From positions 13,869-77,868 of the forward strand of contig JAFCCG010000001.1 in NCBI GenBank assembly GCA_017610335.1: DNA of 64,000 nt, written 5' to 3'. Source of the DNA: Chloroflexota bacterium. Its GTDB lineage: Archaea > Iainarchaeota > Iainarchaeia > Iainarchaeales > GCA-2688035. A program made the translations under genes and the position numbers. Shown piece after piece: positions 28,354 through 35,835 of this stretch (position 1 is the stretch's first letter; each line of letters starts with the position of its first letter). The notes under the pieces are model-generated. The model was given only the letters and a program-made list of their open reading frames with translations, did no database searches and had not been told where the DNA came from.

Positions 28354-28980
28354 ATGAGCTTTTTTGATTTTTATGAAGATTATGCAAAAAAAGGCTTTGT
28401 GCAAGTTAATTCAAAAAAAGTAAACAAAATTGCATTGAAATTTCTTAAAAGCCCTGTTCTAGATCTTGGATGTTACTATGGTCATAAAACAAAATGGTTG
28501 GCGGAACATTTTGACAAAGTTGACGGATGTGACATAAGCAAAACAGCTCTTTCAAAAGCAAAAAGAAACAATCCAAAACTAAATTTTTTCCAATGTGATT
28601 TTGGAGAAAAAAAACTAGAAATCAAAAAAAAATATGATTCAATTTTTGCAACAGAAGTAATTGAACATGTTTTTGACACTCAAACATTTCTTGAAAACTG
28701 TTCCAAGGCATTAAACAAAAACGGAATTTTATTTATCACAACACCCAATGTAATAAATTATTCAAATAGAATTCGTCTTTTAATTGGAAACGACATTTTT
28801 ATCAGCGGAGACAAAGCACACATTCGCTTTTTCAACCCTAAAACAATTGCCAAAGAAATTGAACAATCAGATTTTAAAATAGAACTTGTCGCAGGCTACA
28901 ATACAAGAGAAATCAGCAAAAACATTCCAATGCCACGCAGACTAAGCGAGGGCATAATTTTGGTTGCAAGAAAAAAATAG
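28354..28980 (+). CDS. Class I SAM-dependent methyltransferase
   Basis: VLDLGCYYGHKT (motif I) and ILFITTPN. Confidence 0.7.
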   Translation: MSFFDFYEDYAKKGFVQVNSKKVNKIALKFLKSPVLDLGCYYGHKTKWLAEHFDKVDGCDISKTALSKAKRNNPKLNFFQCDFGEKKLEIKKKYDSIFATEVIEHVFDTQTFLENCSKALNKNGILFITTPNVINYSNRIRLLIGNDIFISGDKAHIRFFNPKTIAKEIEQSDFKIELVAGYNTREISKNIPMPRRLSEGIILVARKK

Positions 28981-29081
28981 CAGACCCAATCCTTTTTGGA
29001 TTGCGCATAAAGCGACAAATTTGTGTGCAAGATTTCAACTTTTAATAGTTTTGCACATAAAATTTCGAAGGCGTTTGCATT

Positions 29082-29546
29082 ATGAAATTTAAGTGGTTAT
29101 CTGAACTGGGCCCAAAGTCCGCCTTACGCGAAAAATTCTTTGAAAAGTTGGACGACATAGGAACCACAACCAATTATGGCAAAGAACAAATACTCGGCTA
29201 TTTGATAAAAGAGAACTTTGATGCCTTACTTTGCTTCGAGGGAAAAAAATTCGTTGCCTGTTGTGCAGTAAACAGGGACAAAAAAGAAAAAAACGTGTTG
29301 AGAAGATGGCTTATTTACACCGACCCTGCCTTCAGAAGAAAAGGATACGCAAAGGCACTGAGCGCCGAGCTTGCAAAAAGAGCGCAGGCAGAGGGATTCA
29401 GGTCAGCAAAGCTTGGCACTGGAGGAAATTACTCAGTCAGAATACTTGCCAGCCTAAAAAGAGACAGAAAATTATTTAGCCTACGAGGCTTTAAATTAGA
29501 GCCAAAAACAGGAAACGTAACATACCCAAGAAAAAGAAAAAAATAG
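29082..29546 (+). CDS. GNAT-family acetyltransferase
   Basis: FRRKGYAKALSAELAKRAQAEGF resembles the GNAT motif A region. Confidence 0.5.
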   Translation: MKFKWLSELGPKSALREKFFEKLDDIGTTTNYGKEQILGYLIKENFDALLCFEGKKFVACCAVNRDKKEKNVLRRWLIYTDPAFRRKGYAKALSAELAKRAQAEGFRSAKLGTGGNYSVRILASLKRDRKLFSLRGFKLEPKTGNVTYPRKRKK

Positions 29547-29588
29547 AACCCACCGCATTCGACACCGTTTTCGCCCCTCGTTATTTCG

Positions 29589-29608
29589 GCAAAGCCCCCC
29601 GGCTTTGC
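29589..29608. terminator. GC-rich hairpin between convergent genes
   Basis: Perfect 8-bp stem gcaaagcc/ggctttgc with a cccc loop, in an unusually GC-rich 60-bp patch. Confidence 0.3.
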
Positions 29609-29671
29609 ACAAATAATGCCAATAAGAAAACAGTTTTTGTGCAGAAACAGGAATATTTGTGCAAGTATAAC

Positions 29672-30454
29672 TTATATTCTTCTTCTCCTTTCGAAACGCT
29701 TTTGCAAATTTGTAAGCAAGTTAAGCCTATGTGCCGTTGCATATTTTGAGATTCCCAAGCGCTCACCATGCGCGGTTTGAATTTGCTGTATTAAAAACTT
29801 AAAGCTGTCGCAGGGAATTAGCCTGCTCGCAGCAAAAACTTTTATTCTGCCTTGTGAGACCCTTTCTTTGAAACTCGCTGATTTTTGTTTTCCGCACTCT
29901 GCAACTGCAAATGTTTTCAAATCGAGTTTTAAATCAAGCTCTCTTGCAGCCCGGGTAATAAGATCTTGTTGTTTTGTTATTGAACCACCCATTTGCACTT
30001 CATCAAGTAGTAACAACCGCAAGTTACCTTTTCCAGATTTTTTCGTAATTCTGGCTAAAGTCGCTTTTATTATTTTGGCCTGCTCAGCATAACTAATAGA
30101 TGGAAGATATTTTCCAGAATCTCTTGGAATCCCTTTTGCAAATAATGATTTTTTTCCTGATTCAACCCTGGCGCCAATTTTTATAGTATAAAATCTTGGA
30201 AGTTGTGAAGATTTTTTCTCAAGGCTGGCAAAAAGTCTAATTGCCCTCATAAAAGGCTCCGCGCCTCTCAAAGGAATAAGAATTGCATCAACATTAGTTC
30301 GCATTACTGCTTCATAGACTTTATGAACTGCATCAAAGTACGACTCCAACTGTGCATCATTGTAACCTCTAAATCGGTCTTGCTTCTGCTGCCTTCTACG
30401 TTCTCTCTTTTGACTTTGCCTTAAATATGTCTCAGTATCAACCATAATAATCAC
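29672..30454 (-). CDS. Hypothetical protein with PRTase-like motif
   Basis: LLLLDEVQMGGSI resembles the type I phosphoribosyltransferase PRPP loop. RERRRQQKQDR N-terminus. Confidence 0.3.
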   Translation of the reverse strand: MIIMVDTETYLRQSQKRERRRQQKQDRFRGYNDAQLESYFDAVHKVYEAVMRTNVDAILIPLRGAEPFMRAIRLFASLEKKSSQLPRFYTIKIGARVESGKKSLFAKGIPRDSGKYLPSISYAEQAKIIKATLARITKKSGKGNLRLLLLDEVQMGGSITKQQDLITRAARELDLKLDLKTFAVAECGKQKSASFKERVSQGRIKVFAASRLIPCDSFKFLIQQIQTAHGERLGISKYATAHRLNLLTNLQKRFERRRRI

Positions 30455-30653
30455 TTACCTTTTTGTACTAATATTCTTTTTGGTTAAGCAAATTATGCGA
30501 CTGCCACCCCTAACGTCACTCCTATCAAGAATACTACAACCAGTTTCCCGTACTTGTAGGCTGCCTCAGGGTAGCCATAGTCCCACATGATAAAAATGTA
30601 GCCAACAAGAGTCCAAGAAACGATAAGGAGGAGATAGAACATGTCGGACGGCA

Positions 30654-30980
30654 TTAGGACCGCCTCACTTGGATAGCAGGAGCCAATTTGGTTGGAACTA
30701 TTTTGTTTGAGATTCCGGTCTCATACATTTCCTGGATAAGACAACAAATATTGTAGCATAAGAGCTTTGCCAGAATTTCATTTTCTTGTCCGATTGCTGA
30801 CTTGCTTCTTAGCAGCGAGCCAAACTTGGACTTTACCATATTGAAAGTTGACTCAACATTGGAGCGCTTGTGATAATGCTTTAGAAACCTCTCAGGCTCT
30901 AAGCAAAACATTGCATATATCTTGTTCCAAATGCCACCATAGTGAAAATTCTGACTAGCCAGAACTCCACATGTTTTATT
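30654..30980 (-). mobile_element. C-terminal fragment of an IS4/IS5-type DDE transposase (remnant)
   Basis: YHKRSNVESTFNMVKSKFG carries the conserved E of the DDE triad in YxxRxxIExxFxxLK context, then ILAKLLCYNICCL. Only the last 110 codons or so are present; the frame closes with a stop at about 30981. Confidence 0.55.
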
Positions 30981-31151
30981 CTAAATAATTCACATACAAA
31001 AAACTTAAATTTTCTTTTGTTTGAAAAGTTTATTAATTTACAGACTAACCGCCCTTTACATTAATCTACAAGGCCACCCCCCCCCAGCCGGCTTTTTAAT
31101 GTCTTTTTAAACCTTCCGAAACCCTTTTATTATTGGTTTATAAAGGATCTT

Positions 31152-31163
31152 TTATTTATAAAG
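31152..31163 (+). promoter_or_regulatory. TATA-box-like element upstream of tbp
   Basis: tttatttataaa about 30 bp upstream of the TBP start. Confidence 0.3.
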
Positions 31164-31191
31164 GTCTTTTTGACTATGGAGTTGATGCCTT

Positions 31192-31779
31192 GTGAAGTAT
31201 ACTATTGTAAATTTAGTTGCCTCGTCTAATTTGAATGCCACACTGGACTTATATAATTTAGCAGTGAGCATTCCAAACATTGAATATGAACCAGAACAAT
31301 TTCCAGGAGCAATTTTGAAACTAAAAGAACCAAAGGTTTCAATGCTTTTATTCAAAAACGGAAAAGTTATTTGTAGTGGCGCCAGCAGTGAACTGCAAAT
31401 TGCGCAAGCTATTAGAAAAGCAAGCAAGCTTATTCACGGAATTCAAAAACAGGTAAAAATTCAAAAGACTGTAAATTACAATGTTGTGAATTTGGTTGCA
31501 ACAGCAGCCCTGAACCAAAACCTTGACTTATTTCAAATCGCAATGGATTTAGACAACGTAGAATATGAACCAGAACAGTTTCCTGGAGCAATCCTAAGAA
31601 TTGCCGATCCAAAACTTACCTTACTTTTGTTCAAAAACGGTAAAATGATTTGTGCCGGAGCAAAAAAGGAAAGTCTTTTGAGAAAAGGCCTAAAGGTTGC
31701 AGAAGAATTAGTTATAGGCAAAAAGAAAAAAAAACATGGAAAAAAAACAGTGAAGAAAACTGCAACGAAAAAAAAGTAA
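31192..31779 (+). CDS. tbp: TATA-box binding protein
   Basis: Two TBP repeats (NLVASSNLNATLDL...EYEPEQFPGAILKL and NLVATAALNQNLDL...EYEPEQFPGAILRI). Lys-rich C-terminal tail. GTG start. Confidence 0.9.
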   Translation: MKYTIVNLVASSNLNATLDLYNLAVSIPNIEYEPEQFPGAILKLKEPKVSMLLFKNGKVICSGASSELQIAQAIRKASKLIHGIQKQVKIQKTVNYNVVNLVATAALNQNLDLFQIAMDLDNVEYEPEQFPGAILRIADPKLTLLLFKNGKMICAGAKKESLLRKGLKVAEELVIGKKKKKHGKKTVKKTATKKK

Positions 31780-32211
31780 TTGGTGAATTTGTTGAAAGCA
31801 TTACTTTTCCATTGCAAAAAGTATTTGACTAAATTTGACAGCTTTTCTAACAGACCCGGCAAAATAAGGCCAGAGGAATTGAAGGAAGCAAGACAGGAAT
31901 GTCTTGACTGCGTTGTGGCATTTGTAACAGTTGAAAAAAAGGACAATCCAGTTCTTGTTGCAAAAGGCCTTGCAGAGGAAATTTCCAAAATGTGCAAGGA
32001 AGTTGGAAAGCAAAGAGCAGTGGTTGTTCCATTTGCCCACTTGTCAAGCAAAATTGCCGATAGCGAAAAGGGACTTTCCACATTGAAGTTAGTGGAATCA
32101 AAACTCAAAGCAAAAAAAATAATTGTTAAAAGAGCTCATTTTGGCTCGCACAAAAGCCTGTTGCTTGATGTTTTTGGACACCCTGGAAACGTTAGATTTA
32201 GAAAATTTTAG
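31780..32211 (+). CDS. Free-standing archaeal ThrRS editing domain (ThrRS-ed/DTD-like)
   Basis: LLFHCKKY...CLDCVVAFVTVEKKD...VVVPFAHLSSKIADSE...KRAHFGSHKSL...GHP aligns block by block with the N-terminal editing domain of archaeal ThrRS. No catalytic domain follows. Confidence 0.55.
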   Translation: MVNLLKALLFHCKKYLTKFDSFSNRPGKIRPEELKEARQECLDCVVAFVTVEKKDNPVLVAKGLAEEISKMCKEVGKQRAVVVPFAHLSSKIADSEKGLSTLKLVESKLKAKKIIVKRAHFGSHKSLLLDVFGHPGNVRFRKF

Positions 32212-32256
32212 CCAAAAAGCCAAGCTTTTTAAACACTGCCAGACCAAAGTATTATT

Positions 32257-32374
32257 GATTAGCGGTCATGCCACAGGGGAAACACCCGGTCCCATCTCGA
32301 ACCCGGAAGTTAAGACCTGTAGGGAATAGGTATGCGCTGAGTTTTTGCTTGGAGCGTTCTAGATGCTGCTAATC
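32257..32374 (+). rRNA. rrf: 5S ribosomal RNA
   Basis: ccacaggggaaacacccggtcccatctcgaacccggaagttaag matches the conserved 5S helix II-III/loop C region. Terminal helix gattagcgg...ctgctaatc. The 3' half is divergent. Confidence 0.55.
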
Positions 32375-32381
32375 ATTTTAA
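32342..32381. repeat. Direct repeat A (5S rRNA 3' end plus downstream)
   Basis: tttttgcttggagcgttctagatgctgctaatcattttaa matches 33651-33690 at 32 of 40 positions. Confidence 0.7.
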
Positions 32382-32951
32382 TAATTTTTTAACTTTTTTT
32401 CCAAGAAAAGGAGAGCATTTTTTCAGGTATTGGTTAAGCTTTTTTTTATCAATTTTTGCCTTCAATTCCTTTACTGTTTCTTTAGGCAGGTGTTCCCTGA
32501 AGTAAACAAAGTCAATCAAAGTTTTTTCTGCATCGGAAACAGGAAGCCAAAAATCGTAATATTTAACCAAGTTAAAGCCAAAAAACATTTTTCTGGAAAT
32601 GTGCCTAACCAAAACATTTGAATCCATTATTTGCCTTAGTCCAGGCCTGACCATTTTTGGGGTTAAAATAACAGGATTTGTTTCCTGCTCCCACAAATTT
32701 CTCAAAGAAAGGGCTTCCTGCAAGCCATAGTAAAAAGGCGAAAAGGCAAAGCCTGAAACCATTGAATCGCTTTGAAAAGAATAAAACCCCTTTGCAATCC
32801 TGTGCAATTCACCGGATTCCAGCATATTGTGAACCAAGAGATTGCTGTAAGCTTTGCTAATGTGGTTTTTAGCCAATAAAACTCTCAAGTCTTTAATTGA
32901 AAAAACAGGCTGCCCTTTGAATGCTTTCCTGACAAGGCCAATATGTTTCAT
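32373..32951 (-). CDS. AbiEi-family antitoxin/transcriptional regulator
   Basis: N-terminal wHTH-like segment PVFSIKDLRVLLAKNHISKAYSNLLVHNMLESGELHRIAKGFYSF. 4-nt overlap with the AbiEii gene. Confidence 0.5.
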   Translation of the reverse strand: MKHIGLVRKAFKGQPVFSIKDLRVLLAKNHISKAYSNLLVHNMLESGELHRIAKGFYSFQSDSMVSGFAFSPFYYGLQEALSLRNLWEQETNPVILTPKMVRPGLRQIMDSNVLVRHISRKMFFGFNLVKYYDFWLPVSDAEKTLIDFVYFREHLPKETVKELKAKIDKKKLNQYLKKCSPFLGKKVKKLLK

Positions 32952-33610
32952 TTTTTAAACCCTCTCTTCAAGGCAAGCAGCATTTGCTCAAAGGAAGGCA
33001 CTGCCCCGGAAAAAACAATTGCCTTGAGATTGTTTTCATCAACAGGCTTTTTGGGGGTTTTGAGAAAAGAGGAAACCTCACTGTAAAGCTTCTTGTTTGG
33101 CGAAACCATGCTGCTTAACATGAAGACATCATATAAATCACGAACCAAAAGCCGATTCCTGTAGGCAGAAAGCTTTTCCAGCAAAAGGTTTTCCAGGGAA
33201 AGCGTTAAAACATTCATAAAGGAGCCATCAACTCTCTCAAAAGGCACTGGCTCAAAAGCCTTCGGTTTCCTAAAAGCAGCCTCAAACCTGACTTCAACAA
33301 CACCGTTGGAAATCTTTGAAAAAATGGAATTTGCAGTTTTCTTAAACTTCAACAAAGAAAGGCCCCTTGAGTTAAGAGCCTTGCGAAACCCTTCCTCAAA
33401 GCCCTTGCCGGAACCAAGGTAAAAATCCAAGTCCTCTGAAAACCGGTTCCCAGCATAACAACGCCAAACCGCAGTACCACCATGCAAAACCGCTTTAGGC
33501 GAAACCTTGTAAACAATATCCACTAACTCATCCTGCAGCAAAGCAGTATCAACATGAAGCCTCTTCTTCAGCCTATTAAACAAAGGAATACGCATAATAT
33601 ATACAATCAA
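32948..33610 (-). CDS. AbiEii/DUF1814 nucleotidyltransferase toxin
   Basis: VLHGGTAVWRCYAGNRFSEDLDFYL is the NTase_AbiEii signature (GGTAL...RFSEDxDF). Confidence 0.7.
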   Translation of the reverse strand: MIVYIMRIPLFNRLKKRLHVDTALLQDELVDIVYKVSPKAVLHGGTAVWRCYAGNRFSEDLDFYLGSGKGFEEGFRKALNSRGLSLLKFKKTANSIFSKISNGVVEVRFEAAFRKPKAFEPVPFERVDGSFMNVLTLSLENLLLEKLSAYRNRLLVRDLYDVFMLSSMVSPNKKLYSEVSSFLKTPKKPVDENNLKAIVFSGAVPSFEQMLLALKRGFKK

Positions 33611-33650
33611 CCAAAATTATATAAAAGTATATGTTTGGTTGATTTTACCT

Positions 33651-33690
33651 TTTTTGTTTGGAGGGCCCTTGACGCTGCTAATCGTTTTCA
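33651..33690. repeat. Direct repeat B (degenerate copy of the 5S 3' end)
   Basis: tttttgtttggagggcccttgacgctgctaatcgttttca. See 32342-32381. Confidence 0.7.
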
Positions 33691-34860
33691 ATTTCTTTTA
33701 TTTTTTTTCAGTACAAATATATCTCTGCCAACTATTTGGTTTGGTCTAAAATCACAAACAGGAAATTTTGGCGTTTTACTTTTTAAAGTATGAACCTGAA
33801 GTCCGGTGGCATTGCAGATTTTTTGAATGTTACAACCAAGCCTGCTTTTGCCGGTATTAATATATGGCGCGGTAAAAGCAATTTTTGCCTGGGGGGTAAG
33901 AGAATTTTTCAGATTGTTAAGCACTTGAATCATTAAATTTTCAAAACGTTCCTGCATTTGTATTGCTACTTTTTTGTGAGGATTTTTTTTAAGCAGTGTT
34001 CCAAGAGATGGTTCTGTTGCAATTCCATCAATGTTTTGTAATGAAACTTTTCGCGAATCGGCAACCAAGATTTTGAAAGTTGCTTTTGCACGATATTTGT
34101 TCTTTGTCCATTCAATGTTTTTTTTAGCACCGTCTGTTGCTGTTGAATTTATGTCAACTCCAACAACATTAATCCCTTGCGCTATTGCCTCTTGGAGTAT
34201 TACTCCGATTCCACAGAATGGATCAAGCAATGTTTGTCCTTGTTTTGTCTGGGAAAGATTTACAAGAATTTTTGAAAGTCTTGGAGAAATTGCAAGATGT
34301 TCTCTTCTTACAGGCTTGCCCATGTCTCTTGCTTCCATTTCTTTTGAATCAGAAAATGCTTCAATAAAACCAAGAGAATAATTTTTGTCTTTGAAGAGAA
34401 AATAGGTTATGTCTGTTGCAGAAATTTTTGAAGGCGTTCCTTCTACAACATCGCCTGTTTGCATTAAGATTGTGCCTCTGATGGATTTGAATCTTGCCTT
34501 GGTTTTTTCTGCCCTGAATTTTTGCTTGAGCGCATCGAGTACTGTGTTAAGTCCGCCTTCATCGGCAAAGTCTAGGCAAGAATAGAGGAAGTTGTTTTTT
34601 TGTCCAAAGTACACTTCTTCTGTTTCAATAAAATTTTCTATTTCTGAAAGGTCGCCGGTACATAAGATTTTTCCAATTGCGATTGTTCCGCCGAGCAATG
34701 TCAGAATTTTTTTTGTGTCAATTCCCTTGCGAGTGTTAAAAATAAACGCGTTTGTTTTTGAAGCAGAAAGAGTTACATCAATATCCATTTTTTCAAACAA
34801 CGAAAGTGCTTCTGCCAGAGCCAGTTCTGGATTCCTGCCTGTTACAAAAAGGTATTGCAT
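33688..34860 (-). CDS. THUMP-domain tRNA (guanine-N2) methyltransferase (Trm11/TrmG10-like)
   Basis: N-terminal THUMP-like region. SAM motif LDPFCGIGVILQEAIAQGINVVGVDIN. Confidence 0.7.
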   Translation of the reverse strand: MQYLFVTGRNPELALAEALSLFEKMDIDVTLSASKTNAFIFNTRKGIDTKKILTLLGGTIAIGKILCTGDLSEIENFIETEEVYFGQKNNFLYSCLDFADEGGLNTVLDALKQKFRAEKTKARFKSIRGTILMQTGDVVEGTPSKISATDITYFLFKDKNYSLGFIEAFSDSKEMEARDMGKPVRREHLAISPRLSKILVNLSQTKQGQTLLDPFCGIGVILQEAIAQGINVVGVDINSTATDGAKKNIEWTKNKYRAKATFKILVADSRKVSLQNIDGIATEPSLGTLLKKNPHKKVAIQMQERFENLMIQVLNNLKNSLTPQAKIAFTAPYINTGKSRLGCNIQKICNATGLQVHTLKSKTPKFPVCDFRPNQIVGRDIFVLKKNKRN

Positions 34861-35019
34861 AATAGTCTTTATTCTTTTAATTGTTTAATAAATGTTATAT
34901 AAGAGATATGCAACAGAAATTGGTCAGCTGTCAAGCTTTTTAAAGCTTTTCTCGGGGTATTATTTGTATTGAAATCCTATTTTTGCGGATTTTGTAAATT
35001 TTTTTTAAAGTGATTTTGA

Positions 35020-35754
35020 ATGGGTTTGAGGCCAGGGCACTGCTATAGTAACAAAGATAAAAGAGCATTTACGCGTTACGCGGTTAAGGTACATAGAAAG
35101 AGCTATGTTGGAGCAATTCCTGGGCTTAGAACCAGACAGTTTAATATGGGAAATGGTATCAAAGAGTTTTCACACATTTTAGACCTTAAGGTAGAAGACC
35201 ATGGCCAAATTAGGGACAATGCAATGGAAAGTATTAGAATGGCAATTAACAGGGTCTTGAACAATAATATTGGAAAAGACGGCTATTTTGTAAAAATTAG
35301 GGTTTATCCTTTTCAGATTTTGAGAGAAAACAAACTTGCACAGGGAGCAGGTGCAGATCGTGTTTCACAGGGAATGAGTCATGCTTTTGGAAAAAATATT
35401 GGTCGTGCTATTAGAGTAAGACCTGGTCAAAAGATTATTTCTGTTTTGGTTGACGAAGAACATATTGAATTTGCAAGAACTGCTTTAGGCAGGGCAAAAT
35501 CAAAGCTTGGTATTCCTATAAGCATTAGGGTTGGCACAGATGTTGAAAGCATTGGAACAAAGCCAAAGAAAACAAGAGATATGCTTAAGGAAGAAAAGAA
35601 GACTGTTGAAGAAGGAAAGGAAGGCGAAGAAGCTGGAAAGGAAGCAGAAAAGAAAGGAAAAGACGCAGGAAAGGATGCGAAAAAACCTGAAGAAAAGAAT
35701 GCAAAAAAGCCTGAAGAAAAGAATGCAGGCAAAAAAGAAGCAAAGAAAAAATAA
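35020..35754 (+). CDS. rpl10e: Ribosomal protein L10e (L16 family) with Lys/Glu-rich C-terminal extension
   Basis: MGLRPGHCYSNKDKRAFTRYAVKVHRKSYVGAIPG. About 70 extra C-terminal residues include a 24-bp x2 repeat (AKKPEEKNA). Confidence 0.85.
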   Translation: MGLRPGHCYSNKDKRAFTRYAVKVHRKSYVGAIPGLRTRQFNMGNGIKEFSHILDLKVEDHGQIRDNAMESIRMAINRVLNNNIGKDGYFVKIRVYPFQILRENKLAQGAGADRVSQGMSHAFGKNIGRAIRVRPGQKIISVLVDEEHIEFARTALGRAKSKLGIPISIRVGTDVESIGTKPKKTRDMLKEEKKTVEEGKEGEEAGKEAEKKGKDAGKDAKKPEEKNAKKPEEKNAGKKEAKKK

Positions 35755-35835
35755 TTAACTGTGTTTAAAGCCAAACTGTCTTTTTAGTTTCTTATTTAAA
35801 GTTATTGCTCTTCTTTTTTCTTGGGGAGAACTTAA

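Noticed and set aside
28990-29670. Recurring ttgtgcaag / tgtgcaa-N20-ttgcaca motifs as a regulator-binding site
   Set aside because: Short, imperfect and few copies. Cannot be distinguished from chance without a genome-wide motif count.
33611-33690. Second 5S rRNA gene downstream of the AbiE genes
   Set aside because: Only the 3'-terminal 33 nt or so are similar. The conserved 5' and central 5S regions are absent, so it is interpreted as a repeat/att remnant.
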